Of a stretch of DNA of 29,681 bases, positions 1 through 8,557 are shown piece after piece; the first letter of the stretch is position 1; the number at the start of each line of letters is the position of its first letter. The stretch is from Prochloraceae cyanobacterium (GTDB lineage Bacteria > Cyanobacteriota > Cyanobacteriia > Cyanobacteriales > JASJDA01), in NCBI GenBank assembly GCA_030065265.1, contig JASJCW010000031.1, positions 1 to 29,681 on the forward strand, written 5' to 3'. The translations under genes and the position numbers were made by a program. Under the pieces are notes generated by a model. The model did no database searches, was not told the DNA's origin, and was given only the letters and a program-made list of their open reading frames with translations.

Positions 1-117
1 GCCCAAGCCTCAGATATTTTGCAACGTTATTTAAGTGCAGCTTTAACCGATACTATGCCCGTCGAAAAAGCAATGACAGCAGCGGCTTCAGAAACAAGAA
101 GATTGCTCGCCAAGTAA
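1..117 (+). CDS. 3' end (C-terminal ~38 aa) of an upstream gene, possibly a family-1 sugar ABC transporter substrate-binding protein; runs off the window start
   Basis: Open frame from base 1 to TAA at 115-117: AQASDILQRYLSAALTDTMPVEKAMTAAASETRRLLAK*. The ending resembles the C-termini of MalE/GgtB-like SBPs (A/T-rich helix, ...Q/E-T-R-x-L-L-K). Fragment only, so weak. Confidence 0.35.
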   Translation, partial: AQASDILQRYLSAALTDTMPVEKAMTAAASETRRLLAK

Positions 118-260
118 GCGATCGAGCCAAAAAAGATCTCGAAAAATCCGAATCGGCGATCCTTTTTAACATTTCCAAGATTAAATGAAAGAAGCAGCTC
201 TTTAGATTGGTACTCATTTTATCGATTTTCAAGCAGGTAAATTAATCAAAAAACAAATTC

Positions 261-1676
261 ATGAGCGATCGCGAAACAACCTTAGAAAAATTAAAACTAT
301 ACCAGCTATGGAATATGAATTGTGGCTTCCTCGGAATTCAATTCGGTTGGGGACTGCAAATGGCAAACATGAGTGCTATTTTTGAGTATCTAGGAGCTAA
401 TGCTTATCAACTACCCCTGCTTTGGATTGCCGCCCCTTTAACTGGTTTAGTCGTTCAACCGATCGTTGGCAATCTCAGCGATTATACTTGGGGGCCTTTA
501 GGGAGAAGAAGGCCTTATATCTTAGTCGGTGGAATACTTGCTTTTATTGGCCTGATATTGATGCCACATTGTTCTGCTCTCTGGATGGCCGCAGGATTGT
601 TGTGGATTTTAGATACCAGCGTCAATGTAAGTATGGTACCGTTTCGGGCATTTGTCGGCGATTTATTGCCTAAAGAGCAACGTACTTTAGGCTTTGCGAT
701 GCAAAGTCTGATGGTAGGAATCGGTGCAGTATCAGCTTCAGCTTTACCCTGGATTCTAAGTCATATTTTTTCAATATCCAACGCCAGCACGATCGCGAAC
801 ACAATACCCCTCAATATTGAAATTTCTTTTTACATCGGTGCGGCAGTATTTTTAATTACAATATTGTGGACTGTCATCACCACTAAGGAAAAACCTCCCA
901 AAAATTTAGAAAAGTTCGAGCAATTGCAAGAGCAAAGAGGCGGTATTCTCTCGAGCGTAAAAGAAACTTGGCTCTCTTTAGGAAAAATGCCTCCAACCAT
1001 GCAACAATTAGCCTGGGTGCAGTTTTTTACCTGGTTGGGTATCTTTTGTTTCTTTCTCTATTTTGCTCCAGCCGTAGCCAGAAATATCTTCGGTGCAGTT
1101 TCTCAAGACTCGAATTTATACGCTGAAGGAGTCGAATGGGCCGGATTGTGTTTTGCTTTGTATAATGCTATTTGCGTTGGTTTTTCTTTTCTTTTACCCT
1201 ATCTCGCCGAACGCACCAGCCGTCAAATTACCCACAGTTTTTGTCTGGTTTGCGGCGGGTTGAGTTTAATCTCGTTATTAGTAATTCAAAATCAATATGT
1301 TTTACTCTTAACTACGATCGGATTTGGGATAACTTGGGCCAGTGCCCTCTCAATGCCTTATGCAATGTTAGTCGGATCTATTCCCCCGCAACGTCAAGGA
1401 ATATATCAAGGCATTTTTAACCTCTTTATCGTTCTACCAGAAATAGCTGTTTCTTTAGGTTTTGGTTGGGTAATGAGAAACGTACTCCACGAAGATCGGG
1501 TTTTAGCAGTGGTCTTAGGGGGAGCATTTTTACTAGTAGCCGCAGCTTTAACCCTATTGGTCAAAACAGCTCCAACTACAATCGAGAGTCAATCCCCAGC
1601 TCAAAGCTTGTCGGGACTGACTTCAGGAGATTCTCAAAAAGTAGCTGTCAAATTAGAAGCTAAAATCGAAAATTAA
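261..1676 (+). CDS. MFS transporter of the GPH / sucrose:H+ symporter (SUT/SLC45-like) family, 12-TM
   Basis: 471-aa ORF. The N-terminal region LGIQFGWGLQMANMSAIFEYLGA...PLLWIAAPLTGLVVQPIVGNLSDYTWGPLGRRRPYIL closely matches the signature of plant/bacterial sucrose transporters (LGIQFGWALQ...GPLSGLLVQPLVG..SD....RFGRRRPFI). It is hydrophobic throughout. Confidence 0.75.
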   Translation: MSDRETTLEKLKLYQLWNMNCGFLGIQFGWGLQMANMSAIFEYLGANAYQLPLLWIAAPLTGLVVQPIVGNLSDYTWGPLGRRRPYILVGGILAFIGLILMPHCSALWMAAGLLWILDTSVNVSMVPFRAFVGDLLPKEQRTLGFAMQSLMVGIGAVSASALPWILSHIFSISNASTIANTIPLNIEISFYIGAAVFLITILWTVITTKEKPPKNLEKFEQLQEQRGGILSSVKETWLSLGKMPPTMQQLAWVQFFTWLGIFCFFLYFAPAVARNIFGAVSQDSNLYAEGVEWAGLCFALYNAICVGFSFLLPYLAERTSRQITHSFCLVCGGLSLISLLVIQNQYVLLLTTIGFGITWASALSMPYAMLVGSIPPQRQGIYQGIFNLFIVLPEIAVSLGFGWVMRNVLHEDRVLAVVLGGAFLLVAAALTLLVKTAPTTIESQSPAQSLSGLTSGDSQKVAVKLEAKIEN

Positions 1677-1864
1677 CGTTATTATTCCTTGAGGAAGAGG
1701 ATCGAAATAATTCTTATTATCTAGAATTGAGAGGATAATGGCAAAAAGCGAAAATAAGCGCAATTTCCTTGGTGTTTAAGCTTTTTGCTCGTACTAAATG
1801 TCTTAATTTCTACTTGAATCGATCTAGATTTTAGTTCGGCCCTAATTTAAATCAATCAAACAAT

Positions 1865-4800
1865 ATGGTCAATCGTTTAGTAGAGCAAAGTCTAGGTATA
1901 TCCAGGTGGAAAGTGGGTCGCTTGACTCAACTTCTCCTTCTGGCTGGCTCTGTACTGATATATAGTGTCATGTCAATGGCAGTTGCAAATTCTCTATTTG
2001 TCAGTCATGTCGGAGCCGAAAAATTGCCGATCGCTTTTATTTTAATCGGCTTATTTTCTCTGCCAGCTTATGCTGTATTTTCCCAGGTTGTCGATAGTTA
2101 CAGTCGCCCCAAACTATTTCGCTACGCTTTATTTGTCGCGATCGCCCTGGCAATTGGCTTGCGTCTTTTACTCAATTTAGAAGCAACACCAGTTTATTAT
2201 CTGCTGCTAATTATTGTTTTCTTCCATTGGGATTTTCATAACAATATTTTGTATCCCAGTTTACTAACAGATTATTTTACAACTTTAGAATACAAAAAAT
2301 ACGCCCCTTTTATCGGCATAACTCAAGCGATTGGAACTCTTTTAGGAGGAGTTTTAACAGCTTTATTGTGTCAATTTTTAACCACTAAAGACTTACTACT
2401 TTGTTTGCCGATTGTCTTCGCAATTGCGATCGCCCAATTAATTTATTTAGAGAATTCCCAACGACCTTTAGATCGGATTAAAACAGAAAATAGAGTTAGT
2501 ATTGTCGAAGCTTTAAGAACTTTCCCAGATTTAGTAAAACGCTTTCCTTTGGTTTTATTTTTAGCTAGTAGCAGCTTCGTTTTAGTTATTATTTATATTA
2601 CATCGGAATTTTTATGGTTTAATATTTACGGTCAGCATTTCAGCCACGAAGCTTTAACCGCATTTTTAGGTTTAATGCGGATTTATATTAGCATTTTAAG
2701 CGCGATCGTTTTATATGTAATCACCCGTCCTTTATTGCAATGGTTGGGAGTGATGCGAATGAATGCGATCTACCCGATGACAACTTTAGCTAGTTTTATC
2801 CTTCTGAATCTAAATTTTAATTTAGGCTCGGCTATTTTACTTCATCTCAACGGCGATTCTCTCTATAAAAGCATTAACTTGCCCGTCCATCAACTCAACT
2901 ACAATGCCATTCCTCCCGAATTTTTAGGGCGAGTGAGAACCATTAGCGACGGTGTAATTTACTCGGTGGGTTTGACCTTAGCCGGAGTTTTACTCTGGAT
3001 CTGTAACTCTTATCTAGAATTAAACCAAATAGTCTGGATCGGCATCTTTTTAAGCGCGATACTGCTCTTAATTCGCTTGCCAATGGGCAAATATTACGCC
3101 AAAGGTCTAGAAGATACGATCAGATCCGGATCGATTGAATTAGACGATTTCAATAATTATCACATTCAACTACCCCCCCAATCCAGCGCGGCAATTCGCG
3201 AACTACTAACCGACAGCGATCGCTACAGTCAAATAAAAGGTTTAGAAATGGCCGCTAAAGTAGGCAACCCGAGTCAATTCTTGCCAGAAGTTCGCGCCAT
3301 CTTACCCCAGGCTAACCCCGAATTTCGCCATTCGATCGTCAAGCTGTTTAGTTCTACTACCGACTCAAAAATGTTAGAACATTTTGAGAGCCTTCTCGAA
3401 GCAGAAAATCCAATTTTGCGAGAAACAGCTTTAGAAATATTAATTGCCAATCAATATCCAATTGCCGAAGCAAAACTAGATATTCTATTATTAGACCGTC
3501 AAAAAGAAATCAGCGTTTTAGCAGCAGTAGCGGTCAATCAGTTAAAAGAAACCGGAGAAATAAACGAAACTATTTTTGAAACCGAACTAGCCGAAAAAAC
3601 CGCCACAACCCTAGCTAGAGTAATCGGTTACACCGGCGATCGCAACTTAATCGGCATGCTCGAACCGATTTTAGCCAGCGAAAGTTCCCAAGTTAAAACA
3701 AAAGTTCTCGAAGCACTAACCAATTTAGCCCAAATCGGCGATCGCCAACTAGCCAACTTAGCAGTTAAAGAAATCAAAAATTCCTCCGCAATGGTCAGAG
3801 CTAGTGCTTTTAACCTCTTGAAAGCAACTAGATGCAAAGGAATGTTGCGTTACGCCGCGATCGGCCTCGAAGACGAAGATCCTAAAGTGCGGAATGCAGC
3901 AGCCAAAACCCTCGCAGCATACGGCAAAGAAGGTTTATCCCTTGCAGAAGATAGTTTATCATCTTCCAACCCAGAAGTAGTCACAGCAGCGATCGCCGCG
4001 ATCGGACAAGTCAAAACCAAACAAGCTAGCGACATTCTCTTTCAATATCTCGCTCCAGATTTTCAACAACTGAGTTTAACTCGCAAATGGCAGCAACAAA
4101 TCCCGCAAAATGACCCCAGTTGGCAGCCATTTACGATTGCGATCGCAGACTACCATCAACGTTTAATTCAAAAAGTTCTCTACATCCTCTCTTGTTTGGG
4201 ACACTATAAAACAGTTAATACAGTCAACCGCATTCTGGCAATTAGCGATCGCAGAACTTTAGCAAACGCTGTCGAAGTATTAGCCTCTCTCAACCATCGT
4301 CGCTTCTTTTTGCCAGTAATGCCCCTACTCGAAGATTTAGTAAAATCTAACGAAAAATCGGCCTCAAACAGCAAAAAAGACCGCAATCCTTGGCTGCGAT
4401 CGAAAGGCTACAAAATTCTCCTAGAAGCACTCGAGTCGGAAGATCGCTGGATTAGAACTGGCGCGCTGATCGCAACCGCAGGAATACCTTATGCTTTAAT
4501 AAAAGACCCCGATCCTTTTGTTAAACAAGTTGCCAGAGAAATATTTCCCCCAGTCGATCGATGTTCCCTAACTACCGCAAGTGCTGCTATGAATAGATTA
4601 CTATTACTTAAAAATATTGCCCTTTTTAAAAATCTCTCCCTCGATGAATTGCTGCAAATCGATCGAGCATTAGAATCAGAACAATATTTAGCCGGAGATA
4701 CGATCTTTAGCGAAGCTAGTTGGGGTACTCACCTTTACATTGTCGCCGAGGGACAAGTAAAAATTATCAAAGAGATAGATGGGGAAACAACCGAGATTAA

Positions 4801-5137
4801 AAGACTCGGTGTCGGTCAATATTTTGGCGAGGTTACTCTGTTCGACGATGCACCCCACTGGGAAGGGGCGATCGCTTTTTCCGACTGCACCTTACTTAAA
4901 TTAGAAAAGAATCGCTTTATTAGTTTGATTACCCAGCGACCCCATATTATTCTAGAAATTTGCCGTTTCTTGAGTCAAAGACTTCGGGAAACAGACCGTT
5001 TTAGAACCCCGAAAAAGTTCTTACCTCCTGCTGAAAATCTCAAATTAGATTTAGATACTTTTTCAGAAACACCCCGAGATCGAGTTGCCAACAGGATTCA
5101 AAATCACAATCAAAGCGAAGCTTCTTTTAAATCATAA
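1865..5137 (+). CDS. Large multidomain membrane protein: N-terminal ~400-aa polytopic domain resembling TLC (ATP/ADP translocase-like)/MFS, central HEAT/PBS-lyase-type repeats, C-terminal cyclic-nucleotide-binding (cNMP/CAP-family) domain
   Basis: 1090-aa ORF. N-terminus SHVGAEKLPIAFILIGLFSLPAYAVFSQVVDSYSRPKLFRYALFV fits the TLC-family pattern (GAE-ipflK...P....lY..l...). The middle has repeated DxDxxVRxxAAxALGxIG-type HEAT units (e.g. EDEDPKVRNAAAKTLAAYG, LESEDRWIRTGALIATAG). The C-terminus LLKNIALFKNLSLDELLQI...GDTIFSEASWGTHLYIVAEGQVKI...GVGQYFGEVTLFDDAPHWEGAIAFSDCTLLKL matches the cNMP-binding fold (FGE..L, RTA-like region). Its stop TAA (5135-5137) overlaps the next ATG (5137-5139). Confidence 0.8.
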   Translation: MVNRLVEQSLGISRWKVGRLTQLLLLAGSVLIYSVMSMAVANSLFVSHVGAEKLPIAFILIGLFSLPAYAVFSQVVDSYSRPKLFRYALFVAIALAIGLRLLLNLEATPVYYLLLIIVFFHWDFHNNILYPSLLTDYFTTLEYKKYAPFIGITQAIGTLLGGVLTALLCQFLTTKDLLLCLPIVFAIAIAQLIYLENSQRPLDRIKTENRVSIVEALRTFPDLVKRFPLVLFLASSSFVLVIIYITSEFLWFNIYGQHFSHEALTAFLGLMRIYISILSAIVLYVITRPLLQWLGVMRMNAIYPMTTLASFILLNLNFNLGSAILLHLNGDSLYKSINLPVHQLNYNAIPPEFLGRVRTISDGVIYSVGLTLAGVLLWICNSYLELNQIVWIGIFLSAILLLIRLPMGKYYAKGLEDTIRSGSIELDDFNNYHIQLPPQSSAAIRELLTDSDRYSQIKGLEMAAKVGNPSQFLPEVRAILPQANPEFRHSIVKLFSSTTDSKMLEHFESLLEAENPILRETALEILIANQYPIAEAKLDILLLDRQKEISVLAAVAVNQLKETGEINETIFETELAEKTATTLARVIGYTGDRNLIGMLEPILASESSQVKTKVLEALTNLAQIGDRQLANLAVKEIKNSSAMVRASAFNLLKATRCKGMLRYAAIGLEDEDPKVRNAAAKTLAAYGKEGLSLAEDSLSSSNPEVVTAAIAAIGQVKTKQASDILFQYLAPDFQQLSLTRKWQQQIPQNDPSWQPFTIAIADYHQRLIQKVLYILSCLGHYKTVNTVNRILAISDRRTLANAVEVLASLNHRRFFLPVMPLLEDLVKSNEKSASNSKKDRNPWLRSKGYKILLEALESEDRWIRTGALIATAGIPYALIKDPDPFVKQVAREIFPPVDRCSLTTASAAMNRLLLLKNIALFKNLSLDELLQIDRALESEQYLAGDTIFSEASWGTHLYIVAEGQVKIIKEIDGETTEIKRLGVGQYFGEVTLFDDAPHWEGAIAFSDCTLLKLEKNRFISLITQRPHIILEICRFLSQRLRETDRFRTPKKFLPPAENLKLDLDTFSETPRDRVANRIQNHNQSEASFKS

Positions 5138-6447
5138 TGAATACTCCCACAGATTATTTACTCCATCGCGATACCTTATCTCTCAAACATCAAGAATTAG
5201 CCCTAACCTTGGCAAATACAGAAAATATTCTGATAATTCAGGATCTCGATGGGGTATGTATGGGATTAGTTAAAGATCCGCTCAAAAGAACTATTGCCAA
5301 AGAATACGTTGCAGCAACTAGATCCTTTCAAAGCCACTTTTATGTCTTAACAAACGGAGAACATATCGGCCGCAGAGGAGTTAATGGCATTATTGAAAGA
5401 GCATTTCAAGATCGGCTCAAAGTCAAAGAAGAAGGTTTATTCTTACCCGGCTTGGCTGCTGGAGGAATTCAGTGGCAAGATAATTACGGTAATATCGATC
5501 ATATCGGTGTCAGCGAAGCAGAACTGTCTTTTCTCGAAGCAGTACCCGTTAAAATTGAAACTCGCTTAAAAGAGTTTTTCGCTCGATATCCAGAAGTTTT
5601 CAATCCAGCAGAACTAGAAGCATGCATTCAAGCCACCGTACTCAAAAACAAAGTCTCCCCTACAGCTAATTTAAATACTTTTTACGACCGACTCGGCAGC
5701 GATCGCCGCGATATTTATATTTCTTTGCAACAAGCAATGCAAGATTTAATGGCCGAGTTATTGCTTGAAGCCAAACAAAAAGGTCTAGAAGATTCCTTCT
5801 TCGTCCATTATGCTCCCAACCTCGGTAAAGGCGATCGGGGCAATGAAATTCTCTGGCCCGCTAGTGCTGAAAATTCAGGAACTACTGACTTTCAATTTAT
5901 GCTCGTCGGTGCCGTCAAAGAAGCAGGAGTCGTCGTAATTTTAAACAAATACTATCATTACCAGATCGGGGAATATCCCCTCGGCAAAGATTTTAACATC
6001 AGAGCCGCCGTGCAACAAAAACAAGATCTCTTCGGCTTAATTAAAAGTAATTTCGACCCGCAAATTATGCCGAAAATAGTCGGTGTTGGCGATACGGTGA
6101 CCAGCAAAGCTGAAACTACCGATAACGGCCTCGAGTTTAAAAGAGGAGGAAGCGATCGCAACTTTTTGCAATTAATTCAAGACCTCAGCGCAGCGTTCGA
6201 TACTGGTAATATTATTACTTATATCGACAGTTCTGGCGGCGAAGTTAAAAACCGCAAACCGCTCCAATTAGCTAAATTGAGCGACGATCGCCGAGAAAAT
6301 GTTACCGAAGAATTTAAAGTCATTCAAGGGCCCGGAGACGATCGCGATCGAGAAGATCCTCTCAAGCTCAACGTTGTCTTTCCCGGAGGCCATCAAGATT
6401 ATATTAAATGCTTTGTTCGAGCAGCAAAAATGCGCGCTAGCAAATAA
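5137..6447 (+). CDS. ggpP: HAD-like phosphatase, candidate glucosylglycerol-3-phosphate phosphatase (GgpP/StpA-like)
   Basis: 436-aa ORF. It has an N-terminal DLDGV motif (HAD motif I). Its size is close to Synechocystis StpA (422 aa). It sits immediately upstream of ggpS, within a glpK/glpD/ggpS cluster. It is translationally coupled (TAATG) to the upstream sensor-like gene. The functional call comes from context plus motif, not a verified alignment. Confidence 0.5.
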   Translation: MNTPTDYLLHRDTLSLKHQELALTLANTENILIIQDLDGVCMGLVKDPLKRTIAKEYVAATRSFQSHFYVLTNGEHIGRRGVNGIIERAFQDRLKVKEEGLFLPGLAAGGIQWQDNYGNIDHIGVSEAELSFLEAVPVKIETRLKEFFARYPEVFNPAELEACIQATVLKNKVSPTANLNTFYDRLGSDRRDIYISLQQAMQDLMAELLLEAKQKGLEDSFFVHYAPNLGKGDRGNEILWPASAENSGTTDFQFMLVGAVKEAGVVVILNKYYHYQIGEYPLGKDFNIRAAVQQKQDLFGLIKSNFDPQIMPKIVGVGDTVTSKAETTDNGLEFKRGGSDRNFLQLIQDLSAAFDTGNIITYIDSSGGEVKNRKPLQLAKLSDDRRENVTEEFKVIQGPGDDRDREDPLKLNVVFPGGHQDYIKCFVRAAKMRASK

Positions 6448-7001
6448 TAGTCTGGCAAAAAATTAATATTTCACCAATTGATTTGACTTCTCTTCATAAA
6501 GTGTAATAAAAGGTTTCCTTCGGAGAATCGTAATGTTAGTATATGTTACGTATTAGTGAAAAATTAACTGCAATACTGCGTTTATAGCAAAGCTATGCAA
6601 TAGGAAATTGCCATAAATTGAAAAATAATTCTATAAATACAAAAAGTTGGGATTGAATTAAAAATTGATAGTAGTTAGAAAGTATTTTTAATCTAGATTT
6701 AATAGCTCCAATAAAGATCCCATTTACCTAAAAATTCTGCCAAAAAACAATAAATAAATTGGAGAAAATCTAGAAAATAAAATAGCAGCAAGTTCGAGAT
6801 ACTAACTTTTTACTGAAAATATAATCTCAATTATAAGTATTTAATCGTATTGTCTGTTAGGGTAGCAAAAATTATTTTCAATGTTATCTAAATTTTTATA
6901 AACGCGATCGGCCCGTTTTACTGATAAGTTAGAAAAATGTTTTATAAAACTCCTGTAGGTTAGTTCCAATTAACACAAAGGATTATTCAAAAAATAAACC
7001 C
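6448..7001 (+). promoter_or_regulatory. 554-bp AT-rich non-coding 5' region of ggpS (promoter/leader; possible regulatory RNA or small ORF region)
   Basis: No ORF of 60 aa or more on either strand. It is extremely AT-rich with poly-A/T tracts. In Synechocystis the ggpS upstream region carries the small regulator ggpR and is post-transcriptionally regulated. Exact promoter elements not resolved. Confidence 0.3.
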
Positions 7002-8486
7002 ATGAAATCTTCTCTAGTCATTCTCTATCATCGCGAACCTTACGACGAAGTAGTCGAAAACGGGAAAACTCGCTATTTACCCAAAAAAAGCCCCAACGGT
7101 ATCGTTCCTACCCTCAAAAGCTTCTTCGCTGAAGTCAGTCAAGGAGCGTGGATCGCTTGGAAACAAATAACAGTCAAACAAAAAGCAAAATTTCAAGCCA
7201 AAGTGCAGGTTGAAGAAGAACAGGGAAACTACGATGTTGTCAGAATTCCTTTAAACGCAGAACAAGTTAAACAGTTCTATCACATCACTTCCAAAGAAGC
7301 ATTTTGGCCTATTTTGCACTCTTTTCCTTTTCACTTCACCTACGAATCTTCCGACTGGGAAAACTTTAAAAATATCAATCGTTTATTCGCCGAAGCAGCC
7401 TGTGAAGAAGCTGCAGACGATGCTTTAATTTGGATTCACGATTATAATTTGTGGCTAACACCTCAATACATCAGAGAAATTAAACCAGACGCAAAAATTG
7501 CATTTTTTCACCATACCCCCTTCCCTTCAGTAGACATTTTTAACATTTTGCCTTGGCGAGAAGAAATCGTTAATAGTTTGCTTTGTTGCGACATTGTCGG
7601 GTTTCACATTCCTAGGTATGCAGAAAATTTTGTTAATGTTGCTCGCAGTTTGCAGCCGTTAGAAATTTTAGAAAAAAAAGCTGTCACCGGACATATGACC
7701 CCCGTAGGGACTGCTTTAGCAGAGCCAGAAGTAACCACTAAGCTCAAGTTTAAAGGACAGGTGGTCAACGTCGATGCTTTCCCCGTCGGAACTAATCCCG
7801 GATATATTCTCTCAGTATTGAGCCAAGAAGAAACTCAAAAAAGACTCGCTCAAATTGAAGAAGAGTTACAAGGACGCAAATTAATTATTGCTGCAGGTCG
7901 AGTAGACTACGTTAAAGGCAACAAAGAAAAATTAGATGCTTTCGGTCGCTTGCTAGAACGCCGTCCCGACCTACATGGTAAAATCAACTTCGTCATGACC
8001 TGCGTGCAACCTGCGGTTGGTATGCGAGTCTATAAAACTGCTCAAGGTCAAATCGAGCAATTAGTCGGGAAAATAAACGGCAGATATGCCAAACTAGGCT
8101 GGACACCGATCTTACTCTTCACCCAACCCTTACCCCTATCAGATTTATTCTGTTACTACCGTTTAGCAGATATTTGTTGGACGACACCCCTGCGAGACGG
8201 CTTAAATTTAGTCGCCAAAGAATATGTGATCGCTCACAAAGGTGAAGGAGGAGTTCTGGTTCTTTCCGAATTCGTTGGTGCTGCAGTAGAATTGCCAGAA
8301 GCAATTTTAACTAATCCTTACTCCATCGATCGCATGGATGAATCCATCGATCGCGCCCTATCGATGCCCAAAGAAGAACAAAAAGAAAGAATGGCGAAAA
8401 TGTACGAAACCGTCAGCAAATACGATGTTAAGTATTGGGCCGATCGCCTTCTAGACTCCTTCAAAGCCATTAAAGAGCAAAATTGA
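7002..8486 (+). CDS. ggpS: Glucosylglycerol-phosphate synthase (GT20 family, OtsA-like)
   Basis: 494-aa ORF. It contains LIWIHDYNLWLTPQYIRE (compare OtsA IIWIHDYHLLP), FFHHTPFPSVDIFNILPWREEI and LNLVAKEY motifs of GT20 trehalose-P/GG-P synthases. The N-terminus SLVILYHREPYDEV... and the length (~499 aa in Synechocystis GgpS) fit GgpS rather than OtsA. It neighbours glpK and glpD. Confidence 0.8.
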   Translation: MKSSLVILYHREPYDEVVENGKTRYLPKKSPNGIVPTLKSFFAEVSQGAWIAWKQITVKQKAKFQAKVQVEEEQGNYDVVRIPLNAEQVKQFYHITSKEAFWPILHSFPFHFTYESSDWENFKNINRLFAEAACEEAADDALIWIHDYNLWLTPQYIREIKPDAKIAFFHHTPFPSVDIFNILPWREEIVNSLLCCDIVGFHIPRYAENFVNVARSLQPLEILEKKAVTGHMTPVGTALAEPEVTTKLKFKGQVVNVDAFPVGTNPGYILSVLSQEETQKRLAQIEEELQGRKLIIAAGRVDYVKGNKEKLDAFGRLLERRPDLHGKINFVMTCVQPAVGMRVYKTAQGQIEQLVGKINGRYAKLGWTPILLFTQPLPLSDLFCYYRLADICWTTPLRDGLNLVAKEYVIAHKGEGGVLVLSEFVGAAVELPEAILTNPYSIDRMDESIDRALSMPKEEQKERMAKMYETVSKYDVKYWADRLLDSFKAIKEQN

Positions 8487-8557
8487 CAGCCCAAATAAAC
8501 CGGCAAATTTGAGAGTTCGAGCAGTCAGCAGTTAGCAGTCAGCAAGATTCTTACTCG

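Noticed and set aside
118-260. Possible terminator hairpin after the upstream SBP fragment (TCGAG...CTCGA with an 11-nt loop; CCGA/TCGG)
   Set aside because: Stems of 4-5 bp are too short. The T-run is not adjacent to a stable stem.
422-673. Short alternative-frame or antisense ORFs nested in long genes. Examples: 422..673, 1172..1420, 1466..1663, 3628..3837, 3850..4035, 4204..4386, 5958..6161, 8119..8304, 9171..9461, 9690..10065, 11142..11357, 12162..12360, 12880..13101, 13536..13739, 14665..14985, 21001..21455, 21557..21745, 23487..23867, 25876..26237.
   Set aside because: Each lies wholly inside a longer ORF whose product matches a known family along its full length. They show no recognisable motifs and have arbitrary composition. 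Such ORFs are expected by chance in the other frames of genuine genes.
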